64,000 nucleotides of DNA from Octopus bimaculoides (taxonomy: Eukaryota): contig NC_068982.1 of assembly GCF_001194135.2 (NCBI RefSeq), forward strand, positions 33,770,475-33,834,474, given 5' to 3'. Position 1 is the first letter of the stretch. Every line of letters begins with the position of its first letter. Position numbers and translations under genes: made by a program. Under the pieces are notes generated by a model, which saw nothing but the letters and a program-made list of their open reading frames with translations, made no database searches and was not told the DNA's origin. Below, one piece after another: positions 26,426-38,896 of this stretch.

Positions 26426-27077
26426 ATGGCTGTTCGTATAATTATAGTGTCAATGTATCTATGGAGATTGGGAGGTTACTTGAAGAAAAAGAAATTTTAT
26501 ATGCATCATGAAATCTATAGCGATAAAATAAAAGGGAGCACACTGAGAAATAAAGAAAATAAAAAATGACAAATGAAAAAGAACCTTGTGAGTTGAAATG
26601 CGAGACAATTTGGAAAGATACTGGCAGACAGATTAGAGAAAGATAGCATATAAGTTGAAAAGAAAAGTGAGACAGATTCCACTGCCACCACCATCACCAC
26701 CACTACTACTACTGCTGCTGCTGCTGCTGTTGTTGCTACCACCACCAGTAATTGACTATCACCAATGTTATTTTAGCATAACAACAGCTGCTACTAGATG
26801 TAATGAAATAATAATTATGATGACTATACTGTGTGTTTAATTAAGTACATAATTGCTCCTGATGAGATATGTGACTCACCTAAACCATAGCTGGCCACTA
26901 CCAGGAGTACAAATGATCAGCTTTAAATCAAGTTAACCACTTAACATTGGTCCTATCAGTTATGATTCACTAGAGCTTAGCTCAATGAGATGCCAGCAAA
27001 ACATACTCTTAAGCAAAGATTAACTTCTAAAACCCTATACTGATAATCAAAATTTGCTTTTCCACATATATTTCTAC

Positions 27078-27112
<35 letters not shown>

Positions 27113-29019
27113 CACATAGTATATTAGGTTCTTTAAATAGATCCTATCATATTTTATATCAAATTATGAAAGTATTAAGTATGTGTATGTGAAATGATTT
27201 ACTGTTAGTCATTACTTATTACATATTAAGTCATCATCATCATCATCATCAAACATCCATTTTCCATGCTGGCATGGGTTGGATGGCTTGACCAGAGATG
27301 ATAAGGCCAGGGGCCGCTCCAGGTTCCATTGTTCTGGCATAGTTTCTACAGCTGGATGTCCCTCCTAATGCCAACCACTCCTGAGTGTAATGGATGCCTT
27401 TTATGTGACACCAGCACCGGTGCTTTTTATGTGGCACCAGCATGAGTATTTTTTTTATGTGACACCATGACTAGGGCTTTTAAAGTGGCACCAGCACTTT
27501 TTTATGTGGAACCAGCACCGATATCAATTCTGATATAGCAGATGGGTTTTCATGAGTACAGCAAGGTGCCAGATAAGGTCATTATTTTTTTCTAATCTCA
27601 TAGTAACTATTTTATGAGCTCCAGATGGATGAAGCCAATAAGTTAACCCTTTTGATACCAACCCACCTGGGACTACCTTTGGTTCGATGATACAAACATC
27701 CTGTTTTAAAGTGGTCTACATTAAAACCTTGCATCACAATTCCTGTTAACTTATGTTGTAAATTATGCTCAATTATGGTATGGATATTTTTAAAAATTCT
27801 GCATTATCCTCAAAATTAATTGGAATAAAGGCTGTGTTTTTCAGCAGAAATATAGCAACAAAAGGGTTGAGTCAGTGCCATTTAAACACAGAACTAGTGC
27901 GCCATTAAACGAGATAAAATCAACATCTCCACAATCTCAGACCAATAAAGAATAGTAGTCAAACAAACCTCTTACTAGCAACACCCTACAAGCTTAAAAA
28001 AAGGACACATTAGATAATGTAAGACAGCCATGGCATAAATGTATTTGATCCTAAGTCTAACTTGATCAAGAGTGACCTGCACTAAACAATAGCAACTCAG
28101 TCACCATTTATGACTGTCAACAGTTACAATTATGTATTACATCTAAAATGTAAAACTAATACTTCATATTATTTAAAACAATTAATGATGTTTTTAATGA
28201 TGTTTTCTGCAAATAAGACTAAAAACAAATATTCAAATGTAATTTTTTTTTGTTTGTTTTTTGTAAGAAATACAAGAGAAAATTTTAAGTACCTTTTCAT
28301 TCAAACGTAAACTTAACTAGTCAACAGGTAACCTCTACAGAGTAGCAATCTCTAAGATAGCTGCCAAATCTCCCTCAAATTACATATTGCAATTTTAAAA
28401 AAGAATACATCAATGTTGGGGGTGGGGGGTAATCAGAAGAGAAAGGGCAGCACCCATGACCTGTGTAGGGCCTTGGAGATTGGTGGAACAGAACAGAAAA
28501 ATGTCATGACATTAGGAACAAGTAATATGATGAGCATTTCTGTAGTTTCCATTTACTCAATTTCACTCACATGGCTTCAGTAAATCCAAGGTAATGACAG
28601 AAGACACTTTTCCAAGGTGCCATGTCAAGGAATCAAAACTGTAATCATGTGACTGCAAAAGAAGCATCTTAAGCATATGTCATACCTGCATGCACGTAGA
28701 AAATAATTCATGAAATCAAGACGACAGATGGTTACAATTGGAATGTCTACTAAACAACTGGAACTTAGCTTGTATATTAAAACATAACAGAGCAACAAAC
28801 AACTAAATAGAATCATCTTAGAGACAAGATAATGTGTCTTGGAGATTACGGCTAACTTTTCTCATATCAGACAAAAATTCAAGATTCAATATAAATCAAA
28901 AGTTTGTTTTCAATCAGTTCACACCAATGCAAACATCCCTTGATCTCTTTCTCGCCAGTGAAGACTGTTTTTTTTTTTGTTTTTTTTGTAGTGCAACAAC
29001 GCCAATTCAAGCTGATGTA

Positions 29020-29167
29020 TTTAATATATGATAGATAAAAGTAATGAAAATAATTTGCTCAATTCACTCTGTAAAGTGAAACTGTATCCTGACTGATATA
29101 CAATATGTATTTTCCATGTTGGCACAGGTGTGGCAAGTCTGCTAAATAGAATATCAACAATTGTCAC
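29020..29167 (+). repeat. ~150-bp local direct duplication, copy 1 (copy 2 at 30269-30428)
   Basis: ATTTAATATATGATAGATAAAAGTAATGAAAATAATTTGCTC...GGCACAGGTGTGGCAAGTCTGCTAAATAGAATA...ACAATTGTCAC is almost identical in both copies. Copy 2 has a ~12-nt insertion. Confidence 0.93.
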
Positions 29168-29452
29168 CCAGTTATTGACTTCTGCCAGATTTGCATGTGC
29201 CAGATATAATGTATGAAGAGAAGTAACTCAGAAAAGGATGCAAAGTTCATATGGAACTTTAGCTCCACTCTACAGAGCTCACACATAAATTAAAATCAAG
29301 TGAACTAAAAATTAGAAACAAATTATTCCCAACCACACGGTTCCAGTTCCACTCCCACTGCATGGTACTTTGGGCAAGTGTTTTCTATTTCAACCCCAAG
29401 CCAACCAAAGCTCCAGGAGTGATTTGGTAGACAGAAACTGAAAGAAGCCCAT

Positions 29453-29570
<118 letters not shown>

Positions 29571-29599
29571 TGCACACACATTCATACATATGTGTATTA

Positions 29600-29840
29600 C
29601 TGTTTCCTTGCCTTGACATCCTGTGGCAGTTGTAAACAAGCATTATCACCATGCAAGTTGTGTCCTCCATTTCCAATCTTCTGTGAAAACATGTCTGATC
29701 ATTGGAAATATTAATCACTTCAATTGGAAACAGATGAGGGTTGGTAACAGGGGGGGTATCCAGCCATAGAAAGCCTGTCTCAACCAATTACATCTAACCC
29801 ATACAAGCACAGAGGTGGGTCGCATGACAATGATATTGAT
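29600..29840 (+). mobile_element. SINE-like family D with RTE-type tail
   Basis: TCCAATCTTCTGTGAAAACATGTCTG...GGAAACAGATGAGGGTTGG...CATCCAGCCATAGAAA, shared with about 3900-4100, 23800-24030 (-), 46900-47095 and 47280-47400 (-). Confidence 0.7.
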
Positions 29841-30929
29841 GATGTTTCTATTTTCTATTTTATTTTATGGAAAAGAAGGAACAACTAAGATATCATGGTC
29901 AGTTGTCATTAGCATTTAGGTCATATAACAAATGCTGAAGATGAAGTTTTGGGATTTTGGATAATGATTAGCGAATGTTTTACAGCAAATAGAAGACATT
30001 AAAAGATATGACACAAAAATAATGGAATAACACTAGAGAAAATTACTATAGTTTATGAATGAGTCACAAAAGTGCAGAACATTTAGAATAAGTTAATGAA
30101 GCACAGTTAACTCAATTATATATAATTATCAATAACAAGGAGAATCGGGTTAATCCTAAAATGATAAAATTCATTTAGTATGGTGCTGAATTACAGGAAA
30201 TGCAATATACCTAGCAGCCTATTTTAGAAGTCCCTGGAGAAAATAAGAGAAGACTTATTAAAGCTAGATTTAATATATGATAGATAAAAGTAATGAAAAT
30301 AATTTGCTCAATTCACTGTGTAAAGTGAAACTGTATCCTGACTGCTATCATCAATGACATACAATATGTATTTTCCATGTTGGCACAGGTGTGGCAAGTC
30401 TGCTAAATAGAATACGAACAATTGTCACATTTTATCATCTCATTCTCAAGACCCAGCATCTAGGGTATCTGACCTCAACACTTATTCCCATGCTTTTTGC
30501 ATTGTGTGGCAGCTTGGGTGAGTACCTTCTACTATAAGCCTGAATGTCAATCAAAGCCTTGTGAATGGATTTGGTTAACAAAAACTGAATGAAACCCATT
30601 GTGTGTGTGTGTGTGTGTGTGTGCGTGCGTACATGTGTGATACAGCTGCAAGTGTCATTGTCCCCAACTACCACTCATAGCCAGTGTCGGTTTGTTTACA
30701 TCTTCGTAACTTTAACCAAAGTGCCAGGTTGAAAAATAAGTACTCGTGTCAGTTTGTTTGGCTAAACCCTTCAAGGCAGTGCCCCAGTATGGCCACAGTC
30801 CAATGACAGAAACTAGTAAAAATTGAAAAAAAAGTCAAAGCAAGCATAACCCAAATTTAATCATTTCAAGTTGAATCATAAAAACCACTTAAAAACCAAT
30901 ACTGAAGTGAACAATCAAATAAAATACAT

Positions 30930-31200
30930 ATACAGGAGGCACGTAAAAGACACCGTTTTGAGTGTGGCCGTTGCCAGTACCTCCTGACTGGCCTTCGTGC
31001 TGGTGGAACATAAAAGCACCCACTACACTCTCGGAGTGGTTGGCGTAAGGAAGGGCATCCAGCTGTAGAAACTCTGCCAAATCAGATTGGAGCCTGGTGT
31101 AGCCATCTGACTCGCCAGTCCTCAGTCAAATCATCCAACCCATGCTAGCATGGATGGCAGACGTTAAACAATGATGATGAGGATGATGATGAGGATGATA
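30930..31200 (+). mobile_element. RTE 3'-end / RTE-tailed SINE copy
   Basis: GTGGTTGGCGTAAGGAAGGGCATCCAGCTGTAGAAA core and (GAT)n tail. Others at about 5330-5500, 6424-6640, 20000-20195, 27232-27520, 31615-31755, 41180-41495 and 63475-63800. Confidence 0.85.
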
Positions 31201-32589
31201 CAAAAATATATAAAATCATTTATAGAAACAGGTTAAGCTAATAAACTTTTTAAAATTGTTTTTCATGTTATGTCAGTTTTCAAGTTAAGATGCATGTCTT
31301 GGAATCACATATTGAACAATGTTTATTGAATGATTGTCACCAATCAGTAAATGTTGCGTCAAACACACATAAATGCAAACAGGGACATATGTCTGCATAC
31401 ACACACACACACACACACATAACCTGAGGTATACCTGTACTTTCCACAAATAGGACATGGAAATTTTTCACTAAATACTCCTTAGTTATTCACATTACCT
31501 GTCCAAAGCCAGCAAATTCATATCACCTACTCAGACCAGCTGGTGCCTTCAAAAGCTCAGCTGTTCTATCACATCACATGTGTTCTACATTTTTATGCAA
31601 ATTAGTTATGTCATCATCATCATCATCGTTTAACATACGCTTTCCATGCTAGCATGGGTTGGACGATTTGACTGAGGACTGGTGAACCAGATGGCTACAC
31701 CAGGCTCCAATCTGATTTGGCAGAGTTTCTACAGCTGGATGCCCTTCCTAATATTCAATAAATTAATATTGATTTCAAATTTTGGCACAATGCCAGCAAT
31801 TTCAGGAAAGGGGCTAAGTCTATTACAATCAACCCAGTGTTCGACTAGTATTTATTTTATCAACACCCAAAAGGATGAAAGGCAAAGTGGAATTTGAACG
31901 CAGAACGTAAGGCCAGACGAAATACCACTAAGCATTTGGTGTACTAACAATTCTGCCAGCTTGTCACCTTATTCAATAAATTGATATTAACTCATAGTTC
32001 TACAGCTTCCACAAAGCTTATGCATTTAAAACCCTGGTTTTATTCATTACTATGCAGCTCCATAGATCTTGTACACGATGCACATGACCTACCTTATAGA
32101 AAGACAGAGAAATTATTTGTTGCTAACTAAAGTAACAACTTACTCCACTTCACCCCTTTCTTACTCAAGCTGTTATACTTCCACTGTAGTTAATTAGAGT
32201 CACATGGATAACAAAAGATATCAACGGCATAGCAAGCCAGCTAAGTAGTTCATAGTCTTCATTTCACAAGTGTTACTCTTACTCAAACTGCACTTATGAT
32301 CTCAGTAATCTTATGTACAACCTTTATATTGATACATGTAAAACAGTTTATCTGATAAGTCAATATAATAAACCATCTAGTGAGTCAAAACTTAGATAGG
32401 GCTTTTAAAACATTTACAAAAGTAACATCTGTACAGGTACAGGTATGGCTGTGGAGCTAAGAAATTTGCTTCACAACTACATGGTTCTAGGTTCAATTTG
32501 ACTGTGCAGCACTTTTGGGGAGTGTCTTTTGCTATAACCTCAAATTAATTGATATCTTGGAGTAGTATTTAGTAGGCAGTGAATTGCAA

Positions 32590-32800
32590 GACAATATGTG
32601 AGAGAAAATGGCAATGTCATAGAAGAGAAATGTGTCTGCATTGATGACGGCTCGCTTGCATTTAATGATGCTGTAAAGAAAGAGTCTTGTAGAAGCCACT
32701 ATGAAAGGTAGCTAAATGAAGAGAATGAATGGGAGAAAGAGCTTGCCAAATGTTGACCCAACTGAGGAACCAGCTATCCAAGAAATTCAAGCTGAATGTT
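32590..32800 (+). mobile_element. RTE LINE ORF fragment (endonuclease-RT linker)
   Basis: RQYVRENGNVIEEKCVCIDDGSLAFNDAVKKESCRSHYER*LNEENEWEKE resembles the RTE linker (EKC.R.DDG.LA..D..KKEAW..HYERLLN.EN.WD). Confidence 0.7.
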
Positions 32801-33479
32801 AAATTCATTAATCTCAATATCCAGTATCAGTAATCTAATATTCCTTCCAATATTGCAATTTGCTGTCATATGTGTGTGTGTGTGTGTGTATGATAGATAG
32901 ATATACACGCATACATACAGAGAGAGAGAAAGAGAGAGAGTGTAATATAAGATAGATATGGATGAGAATCATGTGGCTATATATATGTATATACATACAC
33001 ACACATGCAGAGAGAGAGAGAGAGACTAGTATAAGATAGATATGAATCCGGAGAGTCATGTGTCCATCACAGTAAGCTCTTCTGACAAACTCCGCAATCA
33101 GTCCACATAATAACCAATTACAAAGTAGTGTAATGTACAGTATCCATGTAACTTGTTTATAAACACACGCATGTATATACATATACAAACAAATCTTGCA
33201 AGCAAGTATGAACTAGTAGTTTGTACCATGTTTTCACTAATTGTTTTACATGCCATTGTTGTCATGAGCAAACAGACATTTTCCCACCCCTCCCAACCTT
33301 GACCCAGTATGGTCATGCCCGTCTTCTTCAGAACAGCTAAAAATTAAAAAAAAAACTTAATATGATAGAATAAATTTTTTCAAATCTTAATGTATTTCCA
33401 GGAGAATTAAATACGAGTCCTTTTAAGTAATAAGTAAACTCATACAAAAATACAAGAATTCTCTTACAATAACTCTTAT

Positions 33480-33710
33480 CTTTTACTTGTTCCAGTCATT
33501 TGACTGTGGCCGTGCTGGGGCACAACTTTGAAGGGTCTTTAGTTGAACAAATCAAATCCAGGACTTACTTTTGAAGCCTAGTACTTATTCTATTGATATC
33601 TTTTGCCAAACCACTAAGTTACAGGGACCTAAACACACCAACATTGTGTCAAGCAATGGTGGGGGACAAACACAGAGACAGAAACAACATGTACACACAC
33701 ACACACACTC

Positions 33711-33741
<31 letters not shown>

Positions 33742-33950
33742 CANNNNNNNNNNTACACACACACACACACACACATACATGCGCGCGACAGGTTTCTTTC
33801 AGTTTCCATCAACTAAATCCACTCACAAGACTTTGGTCAGCCAAAGGCTATAGCAGAAGGCACTTCCCCAAGGTGCCACTCAGTGGGACAGAACCCAGAA
33901 CCATACAGTTGAGAAGTAAGCTTCTTACCACACAGCCATGCCTGCATGAT
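33480..33950 (-). mobile_element. SINE family A copy
   Basis: Full head and tail in reverse orientation with central CA/TA microsatellite. Further copies at about 24030-24190, 25040-25420, 29325-29460, 30470-30830, 32445-32580, 34670-34810, 35980-36385, 43640-43745, 46715-46860, 47870-48200, 49190-49500 and 55070-55540. Confidence 0.85.
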
Positions 33951-35390
33951 ATATATTTACAATGTTGATAAGATAGATCAAACCAATTCCTTGCTTATGC
34001 TTTCAAATCTGAATTTTAGTTCAGACTAACTTCCTAATATAGTAACCATGCGGGTTTGATTTTGTATTTTTCCAGTGCAGCTAAAATACTAGCATATGCA
34101 AGTATTTCCAGTGACTTACTACAGACACCTAATTTTCTAATTCATAATTCTAATTTGGGAGGGTACTGATATTCTGAATAAGCACCATATAAACAGAGAT
34201 GACACAACACATTTTGAAAAGAGAGAAAATATTTATGACTTGCAATTGAGAGAGAGACAAAGCTAATGAGAGAGAAACAGAGAGAATCTCAAGTGCAAGA
34301 GAAAATTATAACAGAAAAAAGCTTGTATTCACAGTAATAATAACAGCCAGTGTCAAAAATTTAAAATTGTCTATAAACAACATTGAAATTTAGCATGCCA
34401 AAAGTCTAATTTACTTGGCATGCTGACAAGGGCAACAATAATCTAAACAGAAATTACAGTCAACTAAACTGGTAGCAAGCAAGGCAGAACATTCTCTGAA
34501 AGACTTATTCTTTGACTGAAATGGCTGACATTATTGGAGATGACCTCAGGCACCTTTGTTACATCTTAGACATAGGGTTCGAGTACTACAAATAAACTAA
34601 ATACCAACACTTTCTAATGAATTACAGGTACTCATTCTGTTGTTCCCAGAAGAAATATGGACACAGCTTGGCTGAATGTTTAAGAAGTTCACTTTATTAT
34701 CATCAAGTCTATAGTTCAATCCCACTGCAAGGCACCCTGGACAAGATTTTACCAAAGCCTCAAAAACAAAAGTGAGTAGACAGAAACTATGTAGTAGCCT
34801 GTCGAATGGATTGTATCTGTAATTTAGCCATTTTGACACCAACTTGTCTGAAACCATCCTTAGTCTTATGATACAAATTCCCTATTTTAAAGTGTTTTCA
34901 ATTAAAACACTCTGCCAAAATGTAATTGTTTATTTATGTTTCAAACACCAGTTTAATAATGACAAAATTATCTTACTAAATTCTTCATTATCTTCTAAAT
35001 TAATTGAAAAAAAGACAGTGTATTTCAACAGAAATATGGTAACAAAAGTGTTAAAAGGTCCAATCTTGTTACTGTGGCACACTGATTCTGCTTGAGAATT
35101 ACACTAAGGGTGCAGATATCTGTGGAATATTCAGACATTTACACATTAATTCACTAAACAGGCATTTCATTTGATCAAACATCTGAATAATCATTATTGA
35201 AACCAATAATCAATATAGAATGAACTGCAACAGATGATTAATATACAATCAACAAAAACATGTCCTCTAAATTCTTATCACTGTTGAGAAGAGGGAAGAA
35301 AAGATCAAGCTTCAGATAAAAAATATATCAATGAAAAGCTAGATTAGCATTTGGCTAAGTTAGTATTAACATAATGCTAGAAATCATTAA

Positions 35391-35611
35391 CCCTTTTGAT
35401 ATCAACCCATCTGAGATTGCTCTTGGTTTTATGGCTACAAACTTCCTGTTTTAAATTGATCTAAATTAAAACTTTCCATCAAAATTCCATTTTAATTTAT
35501 TTTCCAAACACCAGCTTAATAATGACAAAATTATTTTACCAAATTCTTCATTATTTTCAAAACTAATTAAAACAAAGGCAATATATTCCAATAGAAATAT
35601 GGTAATAAGAG
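35391..35611 (+). mobile_element. ~220-bp TTAA-flanked MITE, family E (piggyBac-type ends)
   Basis: TTAA|CCCTTTTGATA...TAATAAGAG|TTAA. Paralogues at 27647-27866 (TTAA|CCCTTTTGATAC...AAAAGGG|TTGA), about 48-242, 12000-12215 (-), 34830-35053 and 45760-46160 (-, split by SINE B). Confidence 0.75.
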
Positions 35612-36589
35612 TTAAAAAGATAACTAGAAATAAATTTGCAGTAAAAACAACACAATATTAATAACTAATATTTTTTTCATTTTTCTGACAAGTACAAGAG
35701 ACAACTCTAGGCGTGTTTTTGCTTTATTCTGATCTCATTAGCAAAACCATAGTCTTCAACATAGTTGCCAAAGTAGTGCTGAAAGAATCCTTAAGTAAAT
35801 GTACAAGATTGGACATTTGTTGGCACAGAGATATAAAATTGTTTAGAGAGTAAGGAATTTAGAAGCTCCATCCACATGAACAACAAGATCAATGTTAGCA
35901 ATGTAGAGTTTTTAATTCAAGCATCAGATATCAATTTAATGGTACTATAGGCTATCTACTTTAATGTTATTCTCTTCAGGTGCAGGCATTGCTGTGTGAT
36001 TAAGAAGCCTGCTTTGCAACTACAAGGTTTCAGGTTCAGTTCCACTGTGTGGCATTTTGGGACAGTGTCTTCTACTATAGCCCTCAGCTCAACCAATGCA
36101 GTGTGAGTTAATTTGGTAGATGGAAACTGTGTAGAAACCTGTTGTGCATATTGGTGTGTGTGTGTGTCTTTGCGTTTGTCCCCCCACCACCACTGCTTGA
36201 ACATTGGTATTGCTTTGTTTATGTCCCTATTACCTGCAGTTTGGCAAAAGTTATCAAGAGAATAAGTCCCAGACTTAAGAATAAATACTGGGATCAATTT
36301 ATTCAACTAAACTCAACAAAGAGGTGCCCCAGCATGACCACAGTCCAATGACTGAAACAAGTAAAATATATAAGATAAAAAGATAACAAATTCTAATCTA
36401 TTGCTCATACTTTGATATTATCAAATAGTGGTTGCAGTTAGCTCTGCTAGAACACAGGTATGATATGGAAGTAACTAATTGAAGATTTAGAAGCAGCTCA
36501 TGTGTCTTGCATTCAACTCTACCATACTTCAATCTGTACATTTTTCTCGGTACAGACTTGTTTGTTATGCAATGTATCTAGACATTGCT

Positions 36590-36830
36590 GTTATTGTTTG
36601 GTCCTAGATCAGCCCTGATTGAGCAGTCTTATGACCAAAGTATTCTACCCATGGCTATTCCATCATCAGCCCTGTGCAAGCAGATTCATAATAAGAGGAA
36701 CTGCCTCATCAATGACTATATTATCTAATGTGTCCTTTTTTTATTTCTTAAGACAATAGATGTAATCTAAAGGAGATTTACTTGCTAATTCTAGCCGGTC
36801 GAGGGACACTATAGAGGTTCCCCACATCTA
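36590..36830 (-). repeat. Unclassified interspersed repeat (AGATCAGCCCTGATTGAGCAG / GGAGATTT..CTGCTATTTCTAG family)
   Basis: Similar blocks at about 8570-8750, 27990-28090, 41810-41995, 49085-49170, 49700-49880 and 57030-57230. Confidence 0.65.
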
Positions 36831-37524
36831 TATCATTCTCCAGTCTGTTATCATACAATCACAGATTTATGGTGACCATAGCATAGATTTAACAAACGAG
36901 AAACTGTTTGGAATTCTCTAGAAGTGGTTAACAACGTAGTGCAGTAGAATTTGAAACTTATTGTTGCTATTTTGGTAAGTACATGTGAGTTTTGTATTTG
37001 TTTGGATCAGATGCAAAGTTAGGCTGGCCTATCATAAAGATGTTTAGCCCCCAAGTGAAAAGAAGGGCATTCAGCTGTAGAAAACCTGCCTCAAAAGATT
37101 CCCTATAACTCATGTAAGCATGAAAAAGATGAAGTTAAAACGATGATGATTATTCAATATGTTCCATTTATTTTTAACATAGCAGAGATGGGAGAGAGAT
37201 TTGGTCATTATTTTTAGCAAAGAAGCTGCACAGTGGTTCACCCAATGTGCTCAGTAATTCTGAAGTGTTGCTAATGAGTGAGTCTACACATTTTCAGATG
37301 ACAGAGATGGTGGGGAACTTAACAGAGAACTTCTGTGTTAATAAACTACAACTGATAGATGGTAACTATAAATAGGAAGAGAATTTCAAGGCATCTCCAC
37401 TAATATTTTCCGTTTGAACAATAAAAATCACTGAGGGGGAAGAAGTATAATTACATTTTAATAGAGAAAAATAAGAATAGTGCTCTTTCTACATATACAC
37501 AAAGTTTCAAAAATATTCTTTGAA

Positions 37525-37585
<61 letters not shown>

Positions 37586-38119
37586 CTTTAAAGTTATTCT
37601 TGCAAATAATTTTCTTTAAATTAAAATAAGAAATGTTGGCAACTATACCAATATTCTACAGACTTGGCTACACTCAACTATTTATGTATGAAGGCATAAA
37701 CTTAAATAGTCTTCGTTAAAACTTAGTTGTAGCTGAGAACTACAGCAGCTCATCTGCATAAATAAATAAATAAAACTTGTATTCATGCCAAAAAGCTGTT
37801 CATAAGTAAAGCAAAAGTACTTTAAACCATCCATAAATCGTTATCAGTACCCAATAGAATTTAGGGGAAATTATAATAAGCTTAAATAAACAGAAGTACA
37901 GACATTATGCCGAAAGTTTTAATTAGAAGAGAAAATTATTCATGACTCTACTTTAGGAACTATCATGGTTAACAACTGTAGGTTTTATGGTAATGAAGTT
38001 ACAGTTGGCTTTCTTTAAATGCTTTTATCTGAAAACCTAGTGAAACCACCACGAAAGAATATGATAAATGCTCAGAATAGCCAAATTAACACTGCATCTA
38101 TCACTAATAATTACTTTTT

Positions 38120-38645
38120 AATGTTATTATCAATCCAAATATGCTTGATGCACAATTGAACTGGGGAACAAGCTAAATTGAGTAGCTTTTTCCCCAGTTC
38201 GAACATGCATCAAGCGTATTCGGACTGATAATAACATTGCAATTTCACTAATTACTGCTTAGTACTCCCACTCCATAAATTACTTATGGTAAGCCACTGT
38301 ATAGTACTACCAGTCATTGTACGGTGACTGGAAAAACATAAGAGAAGCAATCTCTTCAATCGGCTCATAGTGTCATCTGACTGGTGTCTGTGATCGATGA
38401 GGAGATAACTGTTCCGAAATGCTAGCATCTCGCAGTCTAGGTTGGTGATACTGCAGCTGAACTAGGAATATACACACCATTTGTCAACAAGCAAGATACA
38501 TTCTCCGTGACAAAACACAGCGAGTAACTTGTCTCCAGTTCTAACATGCATCAAGCATATTCAAGCATATTCAGACTGATAATAACATTACAATTTTACT
38601 TATCACTGCTTAGCACTCTTTCACCATCAATTACTTTTTAATAAG
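38120..38645. repeat. 56-bp-arm inverted repeat plus ~115-bp direct repeat module (Penelope-like terminus?)
   Basis: 38120-38175 is the reverse complement of 38183-38238 (48/56 matches, 7-nt loop). 38180-38292 is repeated at about 38522-38645. Confidence 0.85.
38388..38435 (+). ncRNA. Minimal type I hammerhead-like motif with variant core and palindromic stem III
   Basis: Stem I CTGTGA/TCGCAG, core TCGATGA (consensus CTGATGA), stem II GGAG-ATAACTG-TTCC, GAAA, palindrome ATGCTAGCAT (38419-38428), cleavage triplet AUC ending at 38429. Confidence 0.6.
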
Positions 38646-38896
38646 TCTGTTGGCTATTTACAACATCAGTGCCTGAATGGTCACTGAAATTCCATATATC
38701 ACTGATAGTGAGATTTGGTTGTATGCAGCTACCAGAGGTCTGCCACTGAAGAGACAGGGTATGTTGAAATCACGTGATCTGGCAGTTCCAGTACCCATAG
38801 CAGACAATTCTTGTCTGCCAGCAATATAAATATGTGTGCTTTTATGCACCATATGTCAATATGAGGTAAATAACAGGAGTCAACACTAACAATACA

